DNA of 64,000 nt, from contig CM120646.1 of NCBI GenBank assembly GCA_051362555.1, positions 10,912,001 to 10,976,000 of the forward strand, in the 5' to 3' direction. The stretch comes from Lingula anatina (taxonomy: Eukaryota > Animalia > Brachiopoda). The translations under genes and the position numbers were made by a program. The number at the start of each line of letters is the position of its first letter. The first letter of the stretch is position 1. The notes under the pieces were generated by a model. The model was not told where the DNA came from and ran no database searches. It saw only the letters and a list, made by a program, of their open reading frames with translations. Positions 43,493-55,280 of the stretch are shown here, in pieces.

Positions 43493-44291
43493 CTCGAGTT
43501 TCTGAAACTGCAATGAAATAAGGTTTGTTATATGTGTGATGTGCAAATCTATGACTAGCGTCCCCCTCCCCCAACAAAACACCCAGTTAAATGACAGAAA
43601 ATATCATAACGTTACTTTAGTTCCATACAGTTTAAGTAAAAACCTGAGTAGAAATGCGGTATACGTAACCGTATCTATAGTTCAAAGTATAATCCTGTGT
43701 ACACGCAGTGTGGTTGGCATATGTGTGGAGGACAATCCAAATCCTAATATTAACAGGGTCGTGCCTTTGGGGTTGGGTTTAAGTTAGAGGTGTGCCGAGA
43801 TAATACACGAAATATAATTATTCAATATAAAATTGAGGTCCTCTACAACTATGAGCGGGTAGAGACAAGGGGTTCAATGGAAACAAAAAGGTTGCAGAAG
43901 AGAGGCAGCAGCATTGCCATGGTGGTTCAAAGTTTGCCATGGAGGGGCATGGGAGATACAATGGAAGAAGACAGAAACATCGTCTTGATTTGCGATTAAC
44001 CACCGCATCTAGTATATGCCGACCATTGACTGGCCACTGTGCATCCATTCTGGTACGACGGCGATGTTTCTGCCTCCTTTCTGCCTTTTTAACCCACTCT
44101 TGAACTACTTTCTGCGATTGTTTTGAACACGTTACAAAAAAATGTACATGGCGTTCACTGCGGCGTCTGAAAATCTCTTGCACAACACATGCACCACATG
44201 ACCAACCAATGTGCCTCTTCTAAGTCTTCAACAGCGATGTTTGAAATATTTTAACTTATATTTAAATATTTTAACAACTGATAATAACTCG

Positions 44292-44533
44292 AACTAGAAA
44301 AGCACTCCGAGAGCGCAGACCTCCGCCAAGGCAGCAATTTTTGATTATTATTGATTGTTGATTGATTATTGGACCGGATCACCACGAAAAACTAATCATC
44401 TCTTCCTTGGCCCACTTCTGACAGTTCCTAAAAAAAATTCATCAAATTCGGTCCATAACTTTTTGAGTTATGTTGATGACAGACGGACAAACAGACAAAC
44501 AGGGGTGAAAACAACTTCCTCGGCGGAGGTAAA
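44292..44533. mobile_element. Short non-autonomous Helentron-like (HINE/DINE-type) element
   Basis: Begins aactaga...acctccgccaagg, contains an acagacggacaaacagacaaac microsatellite, and ends ttcctcggcggaggtaa (inverted sub-terminal repeat with hairpin). Confidence 0.65.
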
Positions 44534-45529
44534 TATGACTACACGCACACACACACATACACTCTTCTGACATCAAAAGTTGGTGTAAATATGGCAGTTG
44601 ATTAATCCAAAGAATGGTTTTGTGATCCCTTTTCTTTCATTCTTTCTTTCTAACTATTTTTCTTCTTTATTGCTTTGATTGTGTAAATGCGATACTGAAT
44701 CTTGGTTACACAAGATCAAAAAGTGTGTATTAATAACCAGCATAAGTATTTCAACAACTTTCCGATACAAAATGTCAAATGCAATGATAGTAGATACCCG
44801 TTCGTGCATGAATGAATGTTAATCAAAATATGAAGCATTTTAATTCTTTTGTTTCTTATAAAGCTTCTGAGATGCAAAAACACTTCAGTTACCAATTACA
44901 AATTTGCAATGAAAAACATTTCGCATGTTTTTTTACAAGAAAATTACGATTGAAATGCAGTGACATTAAAAAAACATCCTCTAACCATCCTATAACCTCT
45001 AATAAAATTGTTATCCTACTCTTAAAACATCACTAGTGTTTGAAACCTAATTCACATCATTTTTCTTCTGCTTTTGAAAAGGGGAAATACATGGCTAGAT
45101 CTATGTATAAAAAAACGTACCACGACTAAAACAGACTAAAAAATATACATACGTGTATATAGCAAAGGGAAACAAGTTTTAGGTCACAGAGAGAAGAAAA
45201 AAATGGAAAAAGTATAAAAAATAAATTATATGAGAAGTATATAGTTATGCATTTTAATATGCAAATCGTGCTTGCCACATGTAACTAATGTTGGTATTAA
45301 GGGGGTGGGAGAGAGAACGATGGTGTTGGAAATGCTAAGGACACCCTTAGACCTCAATCCCAGCGTATGGATCTAGAACGTAAGCAGTCTACATAGAATT
45401 AATCAAAAGAAACCAATCAGTCACTAATTCCCGTTGTCACTCACGTTTCAAAGGAGTGTGCGGTTAGTCACTGATCTCAAGCGTCCCGTATGTTGACACA
45501 AACCCCCCTCCACGCCACCTCCCCAGTCC

Positions 45530-45537
45530 TATATAAA
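45530..45537 (+). promoter_or_regulatory. TATA box of clusterin-like gene B
   Basis: cTATATAAAggg about 60 bp upstream of the ATG at 45593. Confidence 0.7.
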
Positions 45538-45592
45538 GGGACAAGGACATGATATATGCACATTTATCACGAAGAGAAAACAAACAGACACG

Positions 45593-48500
45593 ATGAAACT
45601 TCTCATACTGGCAGCTCTGGTGGCTGCAGCCTATGGCGCCTCCGTTCCAGTACCTGCTTCTATGTTTCCAGGTGAGTTTAGTCTTATCTCTTAGAGATAT
45701 TTTCATTTTTGTCTTTTTTTGTATATATATCTGCCATTCAATCTTATGCAATTAATTGTTAAGCAGCCTGTAAAATCCACTGTGAACGGCATTTAGAGTC
45801 TAAAATTCTTCGCTCATATAAATTGTTGTGAAATTGCTCATCTTCCATAGGGAGCTATTGTTTCATTGATGTAAGGTTTTTGTAAAATAAGTTCAATAAA
45901 AAATAAAAAATGAGAATAAACTACTATGACCTTTTGGATACAATACTTTAAACGTAATATATGAAGAGAGAGAGAGAGAGAGAGAGAATGTAACGTAATT
46001 TGAACGTCAAGAATCGTTATGCCACACCAGAGTCTCGTCATGTTCTCCAACTGCTAATTTCACATGGATTATCCGATCAAACCTCACCTTAGTTTCGTAT
46101 GAGATGTTAAGAGGTTTAAAACTCAAGGGATGTTGCGGGCAAAACACTCCATTTCAATTTTGGGTGCTTTGAAGCGATGAAATTGAAAGTATAGCTTTTT
46201 TTAAAAAATCATGCAAATGTCGTCCTTACTCCAGTGTTTTCCCCCCTTCATTCTTATGAGTTAACAGGACCTTTTCGCACCGAATGTCGACAGAGCTAAT
46301 AGGAACAAATCAATGGGAACCAAACCCTGCGTGTCGCAGCTGACTCTTTTGTGCATGACCTTGAGTGTGCTATCTGTCCCTTTCAGATAGAGTCTCAAAT
46401 CTAACAAAAGCACAAGAAAAAGAGATAAGAGTTTATTTAGCCAATTATAAAAATCGGAAATCATTTTGCTTTTGAAGCAAGTTTGATAATATACAGAGTA
46501 AAAGTAATACAATAGATAAATTAAGAATTTGGTTTTGAGATCAAATTAAAATGCGAAACTGCACTTGGATAAAAGCTGTTTAAAAAGCGTTTACTGCCTT
46601 TAAAAGTTAAAAGTCAACTATTGCTTGGTAAAAACTTAAAAAGTGATGATGCAGGATGAGAATAGTCTTCCATGGCGTTAACAGTTCTTTTCTCCATTCT
46701 GTCTTTAAGAATATAATTCAGCTTGGGGAGATTCTGCCCGATAATCTTTATTGCAGTTTCTTTCTATCCTCCTCAGTTGCTCTGCTATACAATATTATAA
46801 TTCAGTACGCCAGGATGCTTTCAATTACACACCTGTAAAAATTTACTAAAATAGGCACGCTATCAGTAAAAGTTTTCCATAACCTTAAAAATACTGTCTT
46901 TGCCGTGCCTTCTTTACACCCTTCGCAGTGTTATCTCTCCAATTCAATTTACTATTCAGGTGTTCAACCTATCAATCATATAATCAATTTTTTAAAACCT
47001 TGTTTCTCATTTACGGTGTCTGTCGTTGTGTGATCAATCGATGAATTGATTATTTGATTATTCACTAGTTGATTGATTGTTTGATTGATTACATGTATAT
47101 AGCTGATTGATTGCTTCAGTTCCTTTATTCTAACGCCACTGTCACTCAGTTATACGTTTTTAAAAACATTTTTATTCCATAATCCAGCCATCCAAGCAGG
47201 AGGTGTGAAGGTACTGCAAGCAGCCATCGTTGGCGTCCAGAGAAACTTCAACGCTTCCATCGAAGCTTTCAAGTCCGTCAACGTCACCTGTAACACTATC
47301 GTGAATAGGAAGATAGAAGAGTGCAAATCTTGCGTTACCACGTCCTGTGAAAACCGGTAACGCGAGTTCCATTTAATATTACTGGGCCCATTCGACATTA
47401 ACGATAGCATTAGTCTTTTCCAAAAAAAAATTAAATCACGCGTGTTTGTGAAATTTGAAAGGCAATGCTTTATTTAAGATAAATCCAGATGAGAAAACTA
47501 CCGAGCCTCTCAAGTGGTAATTTGCAATGTTCATCAATCGGAATTGCTAATGATATCGACTCCATTTTCCGGAAAAAACTCTCTAGCCATCTCTAATTGT
47601 TTCATATGATGCTACAAAGAAACAAAAACTGTCTATTACAGCGCCAAGCAGGCCTGCAAGCCTTCCGATTTCCAGCTAGTATTGGCCAAGGGTATCGGTT
47701 TCTTTGCCTCCGACATTCCCAATTTCTTCTCCAATAGTCTGCCAAACTTCTTCGTTGACGACATTGGCGGCGGAGTAATAAAGCTTGGAAATGAAGTAGG
47801 AGATTTCTTTACTAACACGGTAACTTTTTCTGTATTTTATTTTCTTTTATTCAATATATTTTTTCTTTTTGGATATTTTAGCCTTTTCTTTATTCAAGAA
47901 ACCTATAGTATGTAGAATTGTCAAAGGAGCAGAAACGTGGTGTTTTTATTGCAATTCATCCATAGTCCGTATGGAAATAGACACTTTTTTTAACCAAAAG
48001 GCATCTCATTTTCTTACCTAAAACCACTATGCTATTAGTTAAGACCTGATGAATGAGTAACGGTGAATTGATATGTTTATAACATACGTGAAACTAATTT
48101 GTTTAATACATATTCCCAATATTAATTCCATGTCTGCTACTTCGGTGCTTTTCTGCCGCATGTCCAAAACATCTTCGATTGATTAATTGATTGATTAATC
48201 GAACTTTTTTCTCATATCTTAGATCGGAGGCGGTATAACAGACCTCGGCAATAATATCGCCGGCGGTTTTATTGACGTTGGAAATGGTATTGCAGACATA
48301 GGAAAAAACATTGGAAATGGCATTGTTGATTTTGGCAAAGGCATCGCAAACGGTTTCGTCGATTTCGGTAATAAAATCGGTGATCTAGGAAATACCGTTA
48401 TTGATGGCATTGGCGGTGGTATTGGCAAAATTGGAGATTTCTTCAGCGGCTTTGGAGACCTCTTCGGAAGTAAGTCTAAATGATACAACTGAGCCGAAAG

Positions 48501-49871
48501 TTTAAAACGTTTTTTTTCATTGAAATATGTAGATCTGTAATTGCCCATTTTGTTTTCAATTAAGCAAAACAAATATAATATAGCAAAAAGGAGGGGCTTC
48601 GAACATATTTTATTGTTACGAATGGCTTTAATCACCAATACTTGCGATATCTGAAACAGTATGCTTTCTTATTTAACAACCCATATTCCATATGGAGTTA
48701 CTATAAGTATTTGTGATCTGTATAATAACATGTATACCCAGAACAGACACAAGAATAGAGTGTGAAAAACTGCTCTAACAATAAAATGACAAATCTTAAC
48801 ACTTTAATATCCTTATTCAAGGGCGCCGTAGAGATGTTCACCACGAGATGGCCATGCACAAGCTGAACCGCATCATGCGCGCAGGAGAGCCCGGATGTGA
48901 CGCCATCAAGAACGACGCCTCTAACGCGTGCAAATACTACATCAAAACCTGCACCCAGTGCGACATTGAAAAATCTCGAGGTAAATTATTGGAATACTAC
49001 GCCAACGATCAACATTTTTTGAAGGTTTATTTTTCTTTAATTAACATTTTCATAAAATGACAGCCCGCAATTCTTTTTTTCAAAATGGAGAGGGACAAGA
49101 AATAAAAATTCGTAAATCATAAGATTTATTTCTTTTTTTTTATTTTGAATTTTAGTTTTTGGAAATATTTTGCATCAATATTATATAAATATGAGGCAAG
49201 TAGTTTTTTTTTAGTAAGCTTTTGTTTCTTGCAGTCCTTTACATTAGATACGCTGCATCGTAAAATTAAAATTAAAATTATTTCCTACAGATTGCCCTGG
49301 ATACAAGACTGCCATGGAAAATCTGATCAAGGCCAACAATGACCGCCAGTGGCTCTCCAAGGTTAAAAAGAACAACTATGACATCCTCTCCGTAAGTAAA
49401 ATTTCAGTTTCTATCTACATACTAGTCTTTTAATAGGCAAATATGCCGTCTGATCTTTGTTGATCTTATTATAATCCTTTGGTAGAATGTTTGATTAATC
49501 TAGGACTGCCATGAACAGCAAGGAGTTTAGTTTTTGGAAAAAGTCCTGTTTCACAATTCACAATTCATCCACTCTCACATATATAGATATGGGCGTGTAT
49601 AAGAGCCCAATGAAAACATGAAAGCAACAAATTCGAAATCTATGAATACCTTCTTGATTACGAAATTTACTGAGAAAATCGTTTTCCGCAGGTTACTTAC
49701 GACCCAACCGCTTTCGACCCCGCTACCGGTGGCTTCAAGGGAGTCCAAGCCAGCGTGAACCTGTTCGGCAACGCTCTCTCCTTCACACTGGATACCAACC
49801 CCTTTGACCCCACCAAGGCCGGTCCCGCCATTGCCGCCAAGGCTGTTCTGAAACTCAGTGGAAGAGAATAG
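45593..49871 (+). CDS. Secreted clusterin-like protein B with Gly-rich amphipathic repeats (spliced, 370 aa)
   Basis: Coding exons: 45593-45671, 47188-47356, 47642-47819, 48223-48469, 48822-48980, 49291-49391, 49692-49871. All introns are GT-AG and the frame is open (1113 nt). Protein: MKLLILAALVAAAYG signal ... CNTIVNRKIEECKSCVTTSCENRAKQAC ... Gly/Ile/Phe/Asp repeats ... FGDLFGRRRR ... RIMR ... CDAIKNDASNACKYYIKTCTQCDIEKSRDC PGY ... WLSKV ... VQASVNLFG ... AIAAKAVLKLSGRE*. Intron phases 1,2,0,1,1,0 are identical to paralog A. Confidence 0.88.
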
Positions 49872-50681
49872 AGAACGGATCCCGTGCGTGTGCTGTAAGG
49901 ATGAAATTACGATAATAATTGCACAATTGTTTGCACTTACACAAAACCCCCAAATCAAATGACCCGTCCACTTGGATTATGAACTAAGAGTGCGCATGGT
50001 TTTTTCTGTTAACAGAACCGCTAGTATGCTGCTGTTCCGAGGAGTTGGGGAGGTGGGCGGGAGGGGGAGGTGGGGGAGGTCCAAGACTGGAAGGGTTGCT
50101 GTCTGTGCTTCCCACGACACCCTGGTGCTGAGGAATTATTACAGTCAACGTTCAATTAACAGCAAACACCCACACGCTTAAAATATAACTCACATTCATG
50201 ATGCTCATTTCTAGCCACTTTGATAGTCATTATCTAAAACTGAAAAAAGAAAACAACAATAAAATATTTTATTTGGATTGTCCGCTTGTGAAATTTTAAA
50301 TTGACTAATGTGCCCATTTGGACATCGTGTGGAATGATTTCTAACAAAACGAACCAGACATCTGATGTTATAAATCCATTCTAGTGAAAATGTTCATTGG
50401 AATTATTATATGTTGATGGTGTTCTGTAAAATATACTGCATATATATTCCTCTTTCTTTTTGATGATACAGAATCTTTTGATTGGTTTAAGATATTTTCC
50501 AACGCCTTTCATTGTAATATTTAGAATTTTGGTTGTTTATGCGTATCTGGAACCTGTTTTTACAAAAGAACCATATCACGAAAACCGGGTAGATTAAAAA
50601 ATTAATTTAGAATTTGATTGATTTGATCTTTTAAACAAACTTCACCAGATTTGTTCAACATATATCTTTATTTTCTTTCAG

Positions 50682-50790
50682 GTAGAGCTACGAACCATGC
50701 CACACAGTCGAGCATATTAAGAAGCATTACTCCATTTTTCCATTTAATAAACGTGTGCTGGACAATAAAATTATGATTTAAGTATACGTT
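50682..50790 (+). other. Probable terminal non-coding (3'UTR) exon of clusterin-like gene B
   Basis: Strong acceptor ttttctttcag followed within 100 nt by two AATAAA (~50745, ~50765). Candidate donors gtgcgt and gtaagg lie 10-25 nt after the stop at 49871. Confidence 0.5.
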
Positions 50791-52266
50791 TATGTCTGTT
50801 GCTTGGATTTCATGTCAAAAATGTTATTGATTAAAATATCGGTCTTTAACCCATTCATCTGAGTAGTTATTCAATTTCTATTGTTCGTCACTAATATCAT
50901 CAAGTCACAGTAGTACAGAGGCAGTCTCCACCAGGTTTGAAAACTATCCAATATTGTCTCCTTCTTACTGCCAACTATGGACTATATAACACAATAACAT
51001 TTTAGCAATTTATATACATTTATCTATTCTTGCCTTGTATATAACAGAGCATCACAGATAATTTCACTCCTTCTAGTCGAGATTCCCAGTGTTTCCGAAA
51101 ATCCCTGTATTTTTACTTTGTTTAAGAGGGTGGTGTCATGTTTGCTGATTTTTATTATGAAAATGCATCATAATCTACACATTGCTGATATTTTTAACCC
51201 CTTCCCCCAAAATAGATAAAATAAAGTAAGTAAAATTCGTACAAAGTCATTCTTCACATTTCCTTCTTTCTTCAAACTTTGTTCTTGTTCTCGAATTAGG
51301 GCTATTTAGTAAGTTAAAATTGGTGGGTTTGAGCACCTGCGCTGTTCTAACATAACAAAAGTTATCTGCTTGTGAATTATGAACTCTTAGAATAATAAAG
51401 ACTAGAATGGTCATCATGAAAAAATTGCGATACTGTTTATGTGATCAATTGTGTTTAATAAGATTAATACAGGGGCGGATCCAGGATTAATTGAAGAGGG
51501 GTCCGCGGATGCGAAGCTGACTTTACCCCCCCCCCCCCCTTGGCGTGGGGTTTGGGGCCTGCTCAAGGGCCCCGAAAGTTTTTTAATGGGGTTATCAGAC
51601 CATCAACAAATGTTAAGGGAGATATTCTAACGTTCTACACTGCCACTGTCATCATCATTGATCCGAGAAACGTTGCCAGCAAGTTCTATTAACGTATATA
51701 AATTTTGATGAAATTTACAAATTATACATTTTTTATTAATTTTGGCAAAAACACATGAACAAAGGATTTCACATTTTATATCACTAGAATTTGCACAACT
51801 TTAATCATCCCCTCTAGTATTTAAACGTTCTAACAATGTTATAAAAATAAAAAGATATGTGTCGGTTATATTTACCAATAGTCTCGCCATACGCTGTCGG
51901 TATTTAACGTTGGGCATCAAGCCTGTGTCACACGCTGTCTTAACTACACCTAGTGGCTGATTACAAATTGGGGTGGGGGTTAGTCGGCGACTAGATCGAT
52001 GAGGATTTTACCCGAATTTGAAATTACCCGAAATTACCGACTTGATGAAAAGCTTTAACAATTATTTTAAAGTAGACTTCAATTTTGTAATAAGGTTTAT
52101 CAAAATTATTAAAAAGGTGTTTTCAATTAATCGTGATAGTTGATTGGCGTTTGTAATGAATTAATTGTTTTAACTTAATTTTAGAAAATCCATTCCAATA
52201 AGTCGCTTACAAAGTCAGCTTACACAGGAGTAGTGAAAAGGGAGGGATTTCAGTCTAAGGGATCTC

Positions 52267-52693
52267 AGGTGGGGCGTCTCCATTTCATTAGAGGGGTGAC
52301 AGGTGGGGCGAGTCCATTGCATTAGAAGGGGTGACAGGTGGGGCCAGTCCATTGCATAAAAGGGGTGACAGGTGAGGCGAGTCCATTGCATTAGAAGGGG
52401 TGACAGGTGGAGCGAGTCCATGGCATAAGAAGGGGTGACAGGTGGGGCGAGTCCATTGCAAAAAAGGGTGACAGGTGGGGCCAGTCCATTGCATAAAAGG
52501 GGTGACAGGTGGGGCGAGTCCATTGCATTAGAAGGGGTGACAGGTGGGGCGAGTCCATGGCATAAGAAGGGGTGACAGGTGGGGCGAGTCCATTGCAAAA
52601 AAGGGTGACAGGTGGGGTGAGTCCACTGCATTAGAAGGGGTGACAGGTGGGGAGAGTCTATTGCATAAGAAGGGGTGGCAGGTGGGGCGAGTC
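52267..52693. repeat. G-rich minisatellite, ~36-39-bp unit, about 11 copies
   Basis: Unit agaaggggtgacaggtggggcgagtccattgcat(t/a), with variants recurring in a higher-order pattern. It explains the repetitive ORFs at 52215-52631. Confidence 0.95.
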
Positions 52694-53339
52694 ATTTAAT
52701 TATCCCAATTTGGTTCAGAGAACAGGAACTGAAGAAATTTTGTTTTTTCCCAGAAATCAATTTTTTATCAATTTCAGCCGTATCCATTAAAAAGAACTAA
52801 CTTGATTTAAGCTTACATCAAAATCATCCCACCTTTTCATTATTACGTTCAAATATCAAATTAAATATTTATACCAAGAAAAGGCCGCCATATTAAAACA
52901 ATTCACGATAGCAAAAGCCAAAACCCGTCAAAATAGGACCCTCCCTATATAAGACAATATAGGAAAATTATATCCAAACGAATTAGTTCCATATGCTATA
53001 GAACAAAAATCTCATGTGAATTTTTTAAAATCCAGGATTGGAAATTTATATAAATTTGAACTACAAAATGTAGATTATTGGAAACCATTTTAGATATTTT
53101 ATTTCAGTGCGCTAAAACAGCTTGGAGGGGTTATTTAGAAAATACTGGTCATTTTACAACAATTTAAATTTTAGGTACCACAGAAAACCGTCAACCACAA
53201 AAACATTGACATTATTTACAGATCAGATTGAATTTGATAGTCCTCAAACACTAAAAATAACTCATTTTCCATTATGATTACTACTATCCTTATCACAATA
53301 ATTTCATAACAAAGTGAAAAATAAAATGCCAAATTACAA

Positions 53340-53467
53340 AAGTTTTTTTATTGAGTTTTCATGTAATAGATGTACGAAGGAGCGTGGGTTCCTGTGTGTG
53401 AACTAAACAAAGGCTAGACTTCATAGGTTGCTTTCAGGCGGATGCTATGAAGAATCTCGTTGATCTC
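53340..53467 (-). other. Candidate terminal exon of an unannotated minus-strand transcript
   Basis: Minus-strand acceptor ttttatcttttcag and AATAAA at 53352-53347. One frame reads EINEILHSIRLKATYEV*. Confidence 0.4.
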
Positions 53468-54709
53468 CTGAAAAGATAAAATAATATTTACAACTTTGAA
53501 CTAAACAGACAGGCTCTCTACATTCTAATAATGCATGCTATATCACAGGGCAGAGGACACATATAAATGGAATGGCGTGCACGATTATTGACTAGTCTGA
53601 TGTTCAGATTCAGCTAGCGCAAAACCAAAATTATGAACTGGGATATGACTATTTGAGGCCTCTTGTTAAAAAAGTAACATTGATGGCACAACCCGTTTCA
53701 TTTGCAGGGTGGGTGAGGTTATTGCTACGACCGTTAATGTATTCTTCTTGATATGAAAAGTTATAACACGTGTTGTAGTACATGTTGACGCATTTCAGAG
53801 AAAGAGATCATTTACAAATTCTCTTCGAAAATTATAACAATTATTGAACATATATAATAAGTTTTCATACAGTGACCCGTGTAATGGATGGACAACACAC
53901 GGCACAATGGAGACGACAGGCTGTGTAAAATATGTATCTGTCAATCATTGTGCAATGAGCACTCGAAATCTTTGGATCGGCAGCTCAGAACGGTGACGAG
54001 CATCATCCAATTAATTAATTAGGGTAATAGGGTCTTCTTACATTTAAACACACACGACATTTTAAATTGGGTCAAATTATTCAAAATTAATTGTCAAGGC
54101 CGGGGCACACAAAATGTTCCAACAGAGGGTTACAAAGTGCAGAAGATTTCAAGCAAACTTCGGTTATCATCAAAACTCAGATTAATGCCTGAACATTTGG
54201 AGTCCCAATGCACTGTAAGCAATAATTATAACCATCCGAGTGACATACAAGTAACAATGGAAACATAGTAAAAGGATTCATGTCTTAAATATTTGTCGTA
54301 AATACTTTTCTCATTCTTCTGCTCCTTTAGTATTTAATGGCTGTGGTTGATGAAGAAATAGTGATACTTACAAACATACATTTGCTTCCACGCCTTATAA
54401 TAGCTCGACCTTCTGACTGCAGCACACATAGGCCTACTGTTGCGTCTACACCCGACTCTGTCTAACTGCCAAATGAGCATTCGGGAAGACAGCTTGCACT
54501 ACTGAGTATGATGACCAACTTGTTGTTATGCAAATAACAACAGGTATAGCTCATTTTAGATGAGAGGTTGTTGCTGAAACTGTTCACGAATGTTAAATAA
54601 GCCCGGTGGTGATAGCTTCATATGCTCAAGTCGTGCAAATATTCGATGTCACATACGAAACTCTACAAGGACAAAAGTGTCTAACTGAGCCTATTACACA
54701 CATGTAGCC

Positions 54710-54872
54710 CAGGTGTAACAGGAATGGGAGTCCGCTAGAAACCATAGTCCGCTTCCCATTACTTTGTACCGGTGACATTCGTCCATAGGCCTATACTAAC
54801 CCCAATTAACCTGTACTAATCATATGGTAGCCCGGACTTCCATTCCTAGGACTTTCATTCCTGTTACACCTG
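54710..54872. mobile_element. MITE with 17-bp terminal inverted repeats
   Basis: CAGGTGTAACAGGAATG ... CATTCCTGTTACACCTG. A similar end motif (cccggacttcc...cattcctgt) occurs near 5823-5862. Confidence 0.75.
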
Positions 54873-54921
54873 TTTCCCCTATGTGAAAATTATTCTGAAA
54901 AATCAGCATTGGGTGTCATTC

Positions 54922-54961
<40 letters not shown>

Positions 54962-55280
54962 TCGATTTATAAGGTCTACTGCCATGCTAGACCATGCTAC
55001 GATACATTTTTGCTCAGTTAGGGGAATTGGCCTGCTGACTAAAATTAAATTTTCAGCATGAAGCCCACATTCGCCATTCATGGAATCAGAAGTTAAACTT
55101 TTAAACCCGAACAAAGGCGCGAGACGTCAATGATGTATGAATCATATCATTTTGAATTTCTCATAGTCTCATATATAGGCCTATTTAACAATTTCAAGAG
55201 GGGAATATTGGTGTGATATGTTTTTCAGAAACCGAAGACCCCCTGACCCCCCTCTAAATCAGCCACTGTTGATAAATTAT

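Noticed and set aside
43818-44183. 121-aa minus-strand ORF between the paralogs
   Set aside because: No recognisable domain or splice support; probably chance or a repeat remnant.
48219-48638. 139-aa Pro-rich minus-strand ORF
   Set aside because: Antisense shadow of the Gly-rich exon 4 of clusterin-like gene B.
52215-52631. Repetitive ORFs (MQWTRPTCHP...) and a CRISPR-like appearance
   Set aside because: Translation of a minisatellite. There are no unique spacers or cas genes, and the context is eukaryotic.
53925-54030. Partial U2-like text (gtgta...gtatctgt) and a ttaggg motif suggesting a scaRNA or telomerase RNA
   Set aside because: The matches are too short, the spacing does not fit an H/ACA pocket, and the 1.5-repeat telomerase template is incomplete.
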